DNA of 64,000 nucleotides, from the IMG/VR virus record IMGVR_UViG_3300035199_000659, positions 32,006 through 96,005 of that record. One strand, 5' to 3'. The notes under the pieces are model-generated. The model was not told where the DNA came from. It searched no databases and saw only the letters and a list, made by a program, of their open reading frames with translations. This DNA is from a virus. Numbering within the stretch: position 1 is the first letter of the stretch; each line of letters opens with the position of its first letter. This document shows, in pieces, positions 21,019 to 30,272 of this stretch. The position numbers were made by a program, and so were the translations under genes.

Positions 21019-21683
21019 TCTTTCCTCATTTTCTCGTATAAAAATTCTGCCAGCATAAACTCATATTCGGTATCAACGTCGATGGCTTCGACTTCATCCA
21101 ACATATACGCATAAAAGTTGTCACCTAAGATGTTCTTGTTTTTGATCATCAACTCTCGTGGTAAGATGTTTACTGCAAAGTTAAGTGCATAAATGTTCGG
21201 CAAGTCTTGTGAGCGGGGATGATTCTTGGGGTCGTAATTGATGGCTTTGTTGTCGAGCCACATATATTCTTTAATAAGGTTAGTGGTGACAACTGAGTCG
21301 TGGTCGCCTCTGTGCTTATAAACATTTATGCAGTCTTGCATAGTCTGATCGGTGACCAGTGGGCTTGTTACCGGCGTCCACATTACATCTTGACAGTCTA
21401 ATGACGATGCAAGGTGAACATATACATCCCCCATGGGCACTGTGTCAGTCGCATAATATGGCTCTCTATCCATTGGTGTGGCACCTAAACGATATGCTGT
21501 CTCCAGCATGTCTTCGTCATCCGACGTTACTACCACGCCCGTGACATCCTCAAGCCTCATCGCTTGTTGTACTTTCAGTTCCAACATAGAAGAGCCACAG
21601 AAGGGCCTCACATTCTTACGAGGAACGCGCTTAGAGCCGCCTCTGACGGCTATTAAAATATTAATGTCTATATCACGGCTCAT
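21015..21683 (-). CDS. Acylneuraminate (CMP-ulosonate) cytidylyltransferase, NeuA-like
   Basis: RGGSKRVPRKN, TSPL, RSQDL, IDVDT. Confidence 0.9.
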   Translation of the reverse strand: MSRDIDINILIAVRGGSKRVPRKNVRPFCGSSMLELKVQQAMRLEDVTGVVVTSDDEDMLETAYRLGATPMDREPYYATDTVPMGDVYVHLASSLDCQDVMWTPVTSPLVTDQTMQDCINVYKHRGDHDSVVTTNLIKEYMWLDNKAINYDPKNHPRSQDLPNIYALNFAVNILPRELMIKNKNILGDNFYAYMLDEVEAIDVDTEYEFMLAEFLYEKMRKE

Positions 21684-22405
21684 TAGAATTGTCCTCCGTT
21701 CACATCGAGCGCAGTGCCAGTTATGTATGACGCCCCATCAGAACATAAAAACAAAATAGGAAGTGCCTGCTCGGTAGTCGAAGCAATTCGGCGGATTGGT
21801 ATCTTTTCTGCTAAATCGTATAATTGCTCTTCAGTCATAGATTCAGCCAACATTTCCGTCAAAGTTTGACTTGGGCACACACAATTTACCAAGATATTGT
21901 GCTGTGAGACTTCGTTTGCCAGCTGTTTTGTCAGTCCAATGATTCCGTATTTGCTGGATGTGTAATGAACGCCGCTCACGATGCTCTTTGAGCGGCCGGC
22001 GATGGAAGACACATTGACGATCCTGCCGCCGGTGGTCTTCATTTGCTCAACTGCTCTTTTGCAAATCATAAAAAACGATCTCAAGTTTGTATTCATCAGG
22101 CGATCCCATTCCCATAAATCAATATTTTCAATTGGTTCACACAAATTTGTTCCGGCGACGTTTATAACAAAATCCACTTTTTCCACTGTATTGAATACTT
22201 TGTGGATATCGCATGGGAAGGAAATGTCACAGCATATGTGCTCTACGCCTTCCAGTTCCGGGGCAGTCCGAGAAGCACAATATACCTTGGCGCCGGAAGC
22301 TTGGAACTGGCGACATGTCTCTCTGCCAATTCCGCGGCTTCCGCCGAACACTACAACTGTTTTGTCGCTGAAATCATATTTAAGGTTACTCGTCTTCATA
22401 GACAT
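21683..22405 (-). CDS. Short-chain dehydrogenase/reductase
   Basis: GGSRGIG, NVAG, YTSSK, YITG...VNGG. Confidence 0.92.
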   Translation of the reverse strand: MSMKTSNLKYDFSDKTVVVFGGSRGIGRETCRQFQASGAKVYCASRTAPELEGVEHICCDISFPCDIHKVFNTVEKVDFVINVAGTNLCEPIENIDLWEWDRLMNTNLRSFFMICKRAVEQMKTTGGRIVNVSSIAGRSKSIVSGVHYTSSKYGIIGLTKQLANEVSQHNILVNCVCPSQTLTEMLAESMTEEQLYDLAEKIPIRRIASTTEQALPILFLCSDGASYITGTALDVNGGQF

Positions 22406-22817
22406 GGTCCACGTCCGGCCTTGTTATGGCATAGCGTACGCCCGGCGAATCACCAACACAAGTAATTTTGTGCCAAACACCCTTTGGCACAACTACGATG
22501 TCATTCGTTCTAACTGTTCTTGTTCCAACGCCTTCGATCCACCACTCCCACTCTCCATCAAGAATAACCCAGTTCTCATCGGCGTCATGATGAAAGTGTT
22601 TTCGATTTCCTTCCCCGGGGTGTTGCTGGATAACCACACCGCCAAAAAGTTCATTGTAGGCAATGCGGACAGCCCACGACCCCATTCCAAGGTCTGCGCG
22701 CAACTCTTCTAAATTGACAGTAGAGCAGTTTTCATACTTTTCAAGCTCAGATACCGGAACGCCGTCCTTCTCTAAAACGCTTATAAGATCGCTGTCTGAT
22801 TTTGTTTTTATTCCCAC
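22386..22817 (-). CDS. Cupin domain protein
   Basis: HFHHDADE...GE...VPKGVWH cupin motifs. Confidence 0.85.
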   Translation of the reverse strand: MGIKTKSDSDLISVLEKDGVPVSELEKYENCSTVNLEELRADLGMGSWAVRIAYNELFGGVVIQQHPGEGNRKHFHHDADENWVILDGEWEWWIEGVGTRTVRTNDIVVVPKGVWHKITCVGDSPGVRYAITRPDVDHVYEDE

Positions 22818-24715
22818 TATCTTGTCTCGTTCTTAAATTTTGGCAATTTCATAAATTTTTGCAATCTTTCTTCCATTTGATTTGAATATAACATGTTCAT
22901 AACCGTACTGTCAAGTTTAAAACGCTCATCTTTCAATAAAACATTAATGCAATGCATCATTTGTGATAATTGGTCATGCAAGATCTTGTCAGGGCCGTTA
23001 GGGGTGCCTGATTTGCCATAGGTGTCAGTATATGACTTGTCATACTTTTGTTCATCAGTTTGGGGAATACCGGTGTTATAGAAATCAACACCGAAAACAG
23101 CCAATTCTTTAATTGGATATCGCATTAAATAGTTCAGTGCGCCATAGCCAGAATTAAAATTTGCTGTATATTGAGTGTAATTTTTATGGTTAAAATTCTC
23201 GATGTGCTGCTTGGGGTATACTTGCCAATATAACGCCCAGCGATCCCATGTATCGTCTTCATTTTTTAAATGGGCAAAGGGAATATTTAATTCTTCGAAA
23301 GTTTGTGCGTATATTTCGTCAACAAAAGCCCACGTTCCATCTTGCTTAAGCTGGCTAGCCGTATCATTACAAATAATAAATCTAGGGCGCTCTTCGGGCG
23401 GAGTCGACATCAAATGTTTGACTAGGGGGGGTCCGTAATTAGAATTCAAACAGCTTTGAACTATGTCGGTTCTACTGCCATAATCTGCTTCGTTGGGGAT
23501 CCCATGTTGAATTCTAACCACCACATCGTAGGAATCAATTTTGGGGCCCATGCCAGAACCACCAAGGTACGGGGCGGGGCCCACAAACGCAACTTTGGCT
23601 CCATCTAAGTACTCAGCAAGTGATGCGTCGGTATTGCACGCATTGTGGAAATACGAAGGATGTGGGCCCATCTGTTGATATACTTCTACACATTCGTTAG
23701 CCTCAAGTTGGCGTTCGTTGGTTATCTTTTCGTTAATTTGGCCAGCAATGTCGAGCCATGGGTTTGTTTGTTTCTTAAAATCATTGAATGTCAGTGTTTT
23801 GAGGTGTTCCTCGGCCATAGCACGCGAAGCAGGGCTAATTGGGGACATTTGGCTTTCGGGACTCAAATCTATATTATTAAACCTTTCATGACTTAAGTCA
23901 AAAAATCGCGCTAATGCTTCAGTGTCCATATAGTTTTCGCGCTTTTCGGACGAAGATGGGCCCAAGCCGCTTCCTAATATTAAATTTATAAAGGCATTTT
24001 TGACCAGCAAAGAATCTCTTAAGTTCGGGGCTTGTGCGGAAGTGGCTACAACCCCCATTTTTTTAAAGGCCGGCAGGATCCAAGTCCACATCTCGTCCAT
24101 TCTATATTTATTCCATGCGCCATTTTGATTATGCGGCGCTTCTTCATCTGTATTCCCGTTGTCATAAACCATTTGGTGGCTACATACCACGTTTTTTAGG
24201 AATGGAATCTCTAGAATGTTAAACAGGTGGCATGCTTCTACTCCGCCGCCAAAGCGCGTTACCATCGGAAAAAACCAACTCATCAAGCTATGATGTACCA
24301 CTTTCATCCCACAATGACTGAACGGGAGAATAGATGCGCTCTTGCTGTCGCGATATTCAATATTTTGGGCAAATGGTGTTATCATCCCATTGCCGGGATA
24401 ATATGTCAACACGGCCGGCTCATAGGTCTGCAAGTCTTGTAATATTTGTTCTCTTGGGTTTAGTTCTCCAAGCGGTCTAAAATTGTAGTCATAATCCACA
24501 AACGCATAGTATTCATAATGTTTTGGGACCTGTGCTGCAAGGATATTGCGTGTATCAGTCCATGTTGTGTTCGGGCAGAATTTAAGAGCGTCTTTGTTGG
24601 GTCCATCGTGCGTAACAAAGAAAAAGTCGCAATCTTCCTGTTTAGCAAACAACTCGACATGCTCCGGGTTGGGTGCAATAGGTGTCACCTGCAATACGCA
24701 AAATCTTTTAGTCAT
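22817..24715 (-). CDS. Two-domain glycosyltransferase with C-terminal GT29 (sialyltransferase)-like domain
   Basis: VAFVGPAPYL.GSGMGPKIDSYDVVVRI...DYGSRTD (sialylmotif L-like); NSGYGAL...LAVFGVDF (S-like); N-terminal DYD. Confidence 0.7.
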   Translation of the reverse strand: MTKRFCVLQVTPIAPNPEHVELFAKQEDCDFFFVTHDGPNKDALKFCPNTTWTDTRNILAAQVPKHYEYYAFVDYDYNFRPLGELNPREQILQDLQTYEPAVLTYYPGNGMITPFAQNIEYRDSKSASILPFSHCGMKVVHHSLMSWFFPMVTRFGGGVEACHLFNILEIPFLKNVVCSHQMVYDNGNTDEEAPHNQNGAWNKYRMDEMWTWILPAFKKMGVVATSAQAPNLRDSLLVKNAFINLILGSGLGPSSSEKRENYMDTEALARFFDLSHERFNNIDLSPESQMSPISPASRAMAEEHLKTLTFNDFKKQTNPWLDIAGQINEKITNERQLEANECVEVYQQMGPHPSYFHNACNTDASLAEYLDGAKVAFVGPAPYLGGSGMGPKIDSYDVVVRIQHGIPNEADYGSRTDIVQSCLNSNYGPPLVKHLMSTPPEERPRFIICNDTASQLKQDGTWAFVDEIYAQTFEELNIPFAHLKNEDDTWDRWALYWQVYPKQHIENFNHKNYTQYTANFNSGYGALNYLMRYPIKELAVFGVDFYNTGIPQTDEQKYDKSYTDTYGKSGTPNGPDKILHDQLSQMMHCINVLLKDERFKLDSTVMNMLYSNQMEERLQKFMKLPKFKNETR

Positions 24716-24983
24716 CTGTAGGCTCCCATAATTTTATCTGTACTGGGTGAGTGGCGCGAGTAAAAGGCTCTAATTCTACTTCTTCAAATATCATCGTGTC
24801 GCTGTGTTTTGTACGATAAACTGTGTAGTTAGCATACGGGCGGCCCATCCAAGCTAAGTTGAAATCCCTTTTCTCAACCACGACACCGTCGCCCACATCT
24901 CTCAGCATAAACCCATCTGCGTATCGTTCATGCCAGCGAACTAAGTCGCCGGGCTTATATTTAATTACAGTTCTCTCTGCCAT
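24708..24983 (-). CDS. Small SH3/KOW-like protein
   Basis: YKPGDLVRW...GVVV...YTVY. Confidence 0.55.
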   Translation of the reverse strand: MAERTVIKYKPGDLVRWHERYADGFMLRDVGDGVVVEKRDFNLAWMGRPYANYTVYRTKHSDTMIFEEVELEPFTRATHPVQIKLWEPTDD

Positions 24984-25939
24984 CTCTCAATCATTTCCTC
25001 TAGCATAGATTCAAAAGTATATTCAGGCTTCCAGCCTAATACCTCGTGCGACTTGGAAGGGTCTCCCTTGAGGTATTTTAACTCTTCTGGTCGCATATAC
25101 TTTGGATTCTGGACAATATAGTCCTCATAATTCATATTAAGCTTGTTGAAAACTGTCTCACACAAATCTCGCACAGAGTGAGTTTCACCGGTGGCCACAA
25201 TGAACTCATCTGCCTCATCGTGGTTCACGATCATGTGCATTGCGCGAACATAATCTTTCGAATGTCCCCAATCTCTATAAGAGTCCATGTTTCCTAATTC
25301 AAGCTTGTCTTGTAGCCCTTTCTGAATTGCGACGGCGCCTTTCACGACTTTGTTAGTGACAAAGTTGGAGCCTCGTCGGGGAGACTCATGGTTGAACAGG
25401 ATTCCATTACATGCATGTAGTTTATATGCATGTCGGTAATGCCGAACGAGGTTATATCCCATCACTTTGGCGCAGCCATAAGGACTAACCGGGTTCATCG
25501 GTGTAGTTAAGCGCTGGCTGCCATCATCATCAACCGAATTTCCAAACATCTCTGAGGAACTAGCTTGATAAAATTTAGCATCTGGTGTAGACGTGCGATA
25601 TACTTCGAGCATGTTCAATACGCCCAACGCATTCGTTTGAATGGTGAAGGAGGGCATGTCATAGCTAATCCGGACGTGACTCATGGCGCCTAAATTATAA
25701 ATTTCATCGGGGTTGACTTCGTTGACAATTCGCATGAGAGAGGGATAATCCAACAAATCCCCGTAATAAGTGTGAACATTTTCGTTCAAATTTAACTTGT
25801 GTAATCTGTGGTTCTGGTTTTCTGCTACAGAGTGACGGCGAATAATGCCGTGGACCTCATATCCCAAGGATAAAAGGTATTCGGTTAAATAGCTGCCGTC
25901 TTGACCGGCGATACCGGTAATCAAAGCTTTCTTGGTCAT
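24965..25939 (-). CDS. gmd: GDP-mannose 4,6-dehydratase
   Basis: ALITGIAGQDGSYL, YQASSSE, SPYGCAK, GILFNHESPRRG, RDWG. Confidence 0.96.
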   Translation of the reverse strand: MTKKALITGIAGQDGSYLTEYLLSLGYEVHGIIRRHSVAENQNHRLHKLNLNENVHTYYGDLLDYPSLMRIVNEVNPDEIYNLGAMSHVRISYDMPSFTIQTNALGVLNMLEVYRTSTPDAKFYQASSSEMFGNSVDDDGSQRLTTPMNPVSPYGCAKVMGYNLVRHYRHAYKLHACNGILFNHESPRRGSNFVTNKVVKGAVAIQKGLQDKLELGNMDSYRDWGHSKDYVRAMHMIVNHDEADEFIVATGETHSVRDLCETVFNKLNMNYEDYIVQNPKYMRPEELKYLKGDPSKSHEVLGWKPEYTFESMLEEMIERWQREL

Positions 25940-26541
25940 TTAAAAATCTCCATCTGTGTTAAATCTGGCCAATCCGAAACAACCCACTGCTTCGGTTCTG
26001 TTTTGATTGCATCGGGGAGCTTCTTTGTTCCCAATTCAGCAATCTCTGGTGTCATGTAATAATGGTAGCCCATTGTTTCAATATTCTGTTCTCGCCATGG
26101 CGCGATCGGGTCTCTGCCGTCGTAGGCCATTTTTCTCAGTCGGGTGGCCGCTTTGCTGCTGTCGGTGAGGATCATGCCGCCGCGGCCTAGGCTAAGATGT
26201 TTTCTAAATTGAAAACTCAAGCACATAAATGTATCAGGCAAATACGAGTCTTTCTTCCATAATACCGCGGCATCGACAATATTTGTACCCCCAAGATAAT
26301 AAAAGTCAGCCCAGTCTTCATCGCGCCAGTCAAAATCAATATTTAATTTCTTAGCAAGAAACGGTACCGATATATATGTTCGCTTTGGGGTGCTATACCA
26401 TTGTGTATTTTGGTCTCGCAAACACAACTCAATTGCGTGGGTACAGCAATCTGTGGCTACTGCGTGTGGGGCGCCAAAGAAGGTCGCTACTTGCCTTTCA
26501 AAGTTTTCTACTGCCTGAAAGCTCATGATATCTTTTGACAC
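25936..26541 (-). CDS. Short DegT/DnrJ-type PLP sugar aminotransferase
   Basis: DAA and SFQFRKHLSLGRGGMI with the PLP lysine; only 201 aa. Confidence 0.75.
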   Translation of the reverse strand: MSKDIMSFQAVENFERQVATFFGAPHAVATDCCTHAIELCLRDQNTQWYSTPKRTYISVPFLAKKLNIDFDWRDEDWADFYYLGGTNIVDAAVLWKKDSYLPDTFMCLSFQFRKHLSLGRGGMILTDSSKAATRLRKMAYDGRDPIAPWREQNIETMGYHYYMTPEIAELGTKKLPDAIKTEPKQWVVSDWPDLTQMEIFK

Positions 26542-27068
26542 TCCACGTTAAGGCTTATGAGCACTCCGTTCTCTTTGTCCATATGGGGGAAATACGCCTG
26601 TGAATGGTCATCAAACTGGGCATGTTCTGTGAGGCGCCAGTCATATCTCTTGGTGCCATAAAATCCGTTTTGCATCAAAAATATACTCAAATTCTCAAGA
26701 TCGTAAGTTGTCTTGTGATATATTGTTTCTTCGCTCATTTGCATTGCACCATACAGGGGTCCTAAAACGTTTTCAAGTCTAATTTCTTTTTCTTGATAAA
26801 GCCGGCTCAATTCAGCAAAGTCTGGTACCGCTATACGTAAAAGACCATTTGGTTTAAGGGTCCGGCGCCACTCTCCCAATAACATACATGCCTCTTGTCG
26901 ATTAAAATATTCCAACACGTGAGAGGCGTAAATAAGATCTACAGTGTTGTCAGCAAATTCCAAATCTGTAATTGATTTATAATCTAAGTGTTTGTAGTTG
27001 CCGCCATCAATGTGGAACCAGTCAGGCCCAAAGTTGCGCCAGCCGCAGCCCATATTGATTTTAACCAT
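26523..27068 (-). CDS. Class I SAM methyltransferase
   Basis: INMGCG, YASHVLEY, LKPNGLLRIAVPD. Confidence 0.85.
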   Translation of the reverse strand: MVKINMGCGWRNFGPDWFHIDGGNYKHLDYKSITDLEFADNTVDLIYASHVLEYFNRQEACMLLGEWRRTLKPNGLLRIAVPDFAELSRLYQEKEIRLENVLGPLYGAMQMSEETIYHKTTYDLENLSIFLMQNGFYGTKRYDWRLTEHAQFDDHSQAYFPHMDKENGVLISLNVECQKIS

Positions 27069-27477
27069 CTAAAAATACCTTGTCTTCAGCTTGGCCGTAA
27101 TAGGGGCCGGTCTTATATTCTAATACGCGGGTGCCTTCTTCGACGATCTCGTAATTATGGCCACCGAATAACGTGATCGACACATCGCCGGCCTCTAAAT
27201 CTTCTATGGCTATGATTTCATCATTCAAGTCATAAAGATATGCCCTCACTTTGCCGCTCATGACTACCCACGATTCTTGGGCTATAGTTTGTTTGGGTAC
27301 ATTCTTAAAAATATGCTTGTGAGCATTAAAAGTTTTACCTTTCTCATAATTCAAAATTGCTAACTGCAAATATTGCTCTTCTGGAATAATATCTTCGCGT
27401 GGGCCCTCATCCTCAGACGGCCTGCAAATAATATGTAGCAGCTTATCGGGCTCGATCCTAGAATAGTGCTTAATCAT
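27061..27477 (-). CDS. WbuC-like cupin
   Basis: AHKH...QESW...GGH...EYKTGPY. Confidence 0.75.
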   Translation of the reverse strand: MIKHYSRIEPDKLLHIICRPSEDEGPREDIIPEEQYLQLAILNYEKGKTFNAHKHIFKNVPKQTIAQESWVVMSGKVRAYLYDLNDEIIAIEDLEAGDVSITLFGGHNYEIVEEGTRVLEYKTGPYYGQAEDKVFLDG

Positions 27478-28172
27478 CTTGACGTCTCTATGGCTTTTTC
27501 AATGGACATTCTTTTAAAGCACCTCAAAGTCGTAGTAGGGCTACAGTTAATAACTTCCACCTTGGCGTGGGCGGCACGGTATGCAAACATGTTCCACGTT
27601 GGCAGGTGAAAATCGTTGCCGCGGGGAATATTGTATTTATCGCCGGCCTGTTGGTAATCATCAAACCAATAATTGGGATTAGTGTCTGGTGTCTCCTCAA
27701 TAACAAGGCCCGGGCCGTCTTCTTTACTGCCCTCAACAAATTCTACGTAATTGCAGTCGACTCCCACCAAAATAATCTTCTTATAGCCCATACAAACGGC
27801 GGCCGAACATGCATTGGCTCCAGAATTGCCATTGTCGTGAAAATGGGCATAATCCTCTATCGTGTGGTTCCACTTGTTTGTTGTACCATACTCCTGCATA
27901 TTGATATGTTGCAACTTTGTATTTTGGCTGATATCCATAATATAGAACATTCGCTCGATGGGGCTATTGTCAATTAAGTTAATAAATTTGTCTTTGTGGC
28001 ACTCAGTTACCCGGTAATCAAAACAACCATGATAAGTTGGCCACCAATCCATTCGCTCATAAGCGCGGTATGCAGAATTTAAACCGAAGGTGTCAAAACC
28101 CTCTAACATATCAAAATCTAAATCCTTAAGTGACGGGCCATTGCCCATCAAAACCAATGTTTTATCCTGCAT
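27474..28172 (-). CDS. Maf/DUF115-like (MptE-like) protein
   Basis: MGNGPSL, FGLN, MGYKKIILVGVD; start moved to MQDKT. Confidence 0.75.
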   Translation of the reverse strand: MQDKTLVLMGNGPSLKDLDFDMLEGFDTFGLNSAYRAYERMDWWPTYHGCFDYRVTECHKDKFINLIDNSPIERMFYIMDISQNTKLQHINMQEYGTTNKWNHTIEDYAHFHDNGNSGANACSAAVCMGYKKIILVGVDCNYVEFVEGSKEDGPGLVIEETPDTNPNYWFDDYQQAGDKYNIPRGNDFHLPTWNMFAYRAAHAKVEVINCSPTTTLRCFKRMSIEKAIETSR

Positions 28173-29016
28173 AATAACCCCAAAATATATCTGACCGCGT
28201 ACGCAAATAATCAAAGGCTTTTTCTTGACTTTGAAACCACTCTTCGTCTTTGTGTTGAACATATTCATTCAAAATCACATCGCACCCCAAAAGCTTAGCT
28301 TCGATTACAATACGCGGGCACGTATCAGAACCAAGAGGGCGGAAAATCAACCCCTTAGAAGTAGACATCTTTATCAGCAATTCGTGATATGGTAGACCAC
28401 TCACAATCTCATATGCAAGTTCATTATCTTTAGCATATTCCACACAATCTTCGGTGCCCTTAATCCAAGAATTAGAGCCCAAGATCAGATACTTATCATC
28501 TTTCTCGTTATCTTTGATGGAGTCCATAAACTGCATATCGCCGGCAGAGAAGATCGAGCTTAACACTTCCGTATTTTCCTCTTTTAATACAGGTATTTGC
28601 TTAAGAAATATAGCACGCTGTGCGGCACTCATAAACCACACCTTTTTAGCATACCCATAAAAGGCGCTATTAATCTTGCCAGTAATCTGCTGGACACAAT
28701 CGCACTCCGAGCCTGTGGCAACAAAATGTTTTTCCATCGAGCGATATTCGCAAAATTTGTAATCATACTCAACAATCGAATAATCGGCATTTTTACACAT
28801 ATATAATTTAACCTTCTCGTCGAGGCCGGCAAAATTACACACAATGTAATGAGCGTCTGGATTTTGTGTGATCATGTCTGCAGTTAAGGAGCCAGAATGA
28901 ACTTTTGCTATCTGACTATCTTTTTTAGCCGCGTACATAATGGCAGCCGTGGTTAGCTCGGCGCCACCGCGGTAATTTTCGACAAACATGTCAGAAATAA
29001 AAACATATTTTTTCAT
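28162..29016 (-). CDS. Glycosyltransferase (GT-B-like)
   Basis: GGAELT, KG, DTCPRIVIEAKLLGC. Confidence 0.7.
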   Translation of the reverse strand: MKKYVFISDMFVENYRGGAELTTAAIMYAAKKDSQIAKVHSGSLTADMITQNPDAHYIVCNFAGLDEKVKLYMCKNADYSIVEYDYKFCEYRSMEKHFVATGSECDCVQQITGKINSAFYGYAKKVWFMSAAQRAIFLKQIPVLKEENTEVLSSIFSAGDMQFMDSIKDNEKDDKYLILGSNSWIKGTEDCVEYAKDNELAYEIVSGLPYHELLIKMSTSKGLIFRPLGSDTCPRIVIEAKLLGCDVILNEYVQHKDEEWFQSQEKAFDYLRTRSDIFWGYYAG

Positions 29017-30272
29017 ATCAGGTCACTCAAAAGATCATCAATTTGAGACTCTAACTCTTTAAGCTCTTCGGCTGGTATAATACAGTTTACAAATTGTGCA
29101 TATAGGCTTTCAGTGGAGAATCTTTCCTTCAATTCAGCTGCATAATCACAACTTTGAGATGCAAAAGAGTCTTCTGTATTGTTGGTGATATCTTCGTAGC
29201 ACATACGCATTTTCTGTTTAGCAGATTGCTCACGTGGATAAGCCCACATCGATTCTTTAATCAAAACATTTTCCCAAACAACATTGTCTGCGATAGGTTG
29301 CAGGTCAAAGGCGACGTTATAAAATCTTTCTTTTGAGTTTTCGTCAACTAAAAAATCAAGTTGCCCTGACCAACCCGTAGCCACTACTGGAAGGCCACTA
29401 TATGCTGCCTCAAAAATGGGCAGGCCGAAGCCCTCACCATGTGGCAGAGCTAACAGGGCTGAAAGTTTAGGGTGTCGGTACAGCGAGTGAATCTCTCGAT
29501 CGGTCATATCGCCATGAAGTATATACACTTTGCACTTGTGTTCTGGCAGCGACGACATAAAGTTCTTCATATCTATTTTCAGCGTCTCTCTATCCAACAA
29601 ACAATTTTTAGCAATATTGGTTTTTACCACTAGCCCAACTTCCTCATCTTGAAACTCTTCAACGAACCACTTAATTGTATTAGGGAGGTTCTTTCGTGGA
29701 CCGAACTGGGCGACGGCCAAAAAGTTAAAGTCAAAATCTAAATTAAGCTCCAACTCTTCAAGGTTATCATATTCTTTAACAGGATAATTGACAGCATAAA
29801 TCGGCGTCTGAAGCCGGTAATCAATTTCTTGGCCTGTGTCGTTATCAACTGCAACGACTGCTGTGTTTTCGTATACATTCTTAGAATGATTTGATACTAC
29901 AATGACCTTGTCGACTTTTTCATTTGCAGCTTGGATCCATACCGGTGCTACCTTCGTGGTTTCAATACCGGCAGTATAGCCGATATTAACCGGGGCGATC
30001 TTTTCCCACTCATTGGGGATTGTAACCTGTACTGACATATCGAACTGGCCTCCGGCCTGCATATGTCCAATAGTCTTTTCAATTGTCTGATCGATAAACA
30101 CCCTCTCCGCGTCAGTGGTGGTTAACCACGAGGTGTTCCCCCATTGAAGGGGCTGAATATATAGTTCGAATAAATCTGGTCGGCTCTGGAGGGATCTTAG
30201 GGCAAATCTAGTTTGCTCCCCATACCCAGATCGGGTGAGGACCGGGCCTTTCAATAATACCTTTTTGCGCAT
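29013..30272 (-). CDS. GT4 glycosyltransferase
   Basis: SGYG, RKN, GEGFGLPIFEAAYSGLPVVAT. Confidence 0.9.
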   Translation of the reverse strand: MRKKVLLKGPVLTRSGYGEQTRFALRSLQSRPDLFELYIQPLQWGNTSWLTTTDAERVFIDQTIEKTIGHMQAGGQFDMSVQVTIPNEWEKIAPVNIGYTAGIETTKVAPVWIQAANEKVDKVIVVSNHSKNVYENTAVVAVDNDTGQEIDYRLQTPIYAVNYPVKEYDNLEELELNLDFDFNFLAVAQFGPRKNLPNTIKWFVEEFQDEEVGLVVKTNIAKNCLLDRETLKIDMKNFMSSLPEHKCKVYILHGDMTDREIHSLYRHPKLSALLALPHGEGFGLPIFEAAYSGLPVVATGWSGQLDFLVDENSKERFYNVAFDLQPIADNVVWENVLIKESMWAYPREQSAKQKMRMCYEDITNNTEDSFASQSCDYAAELKERFSTESLYAQFVNCIIPAEELKELESQIDDLLSDLI

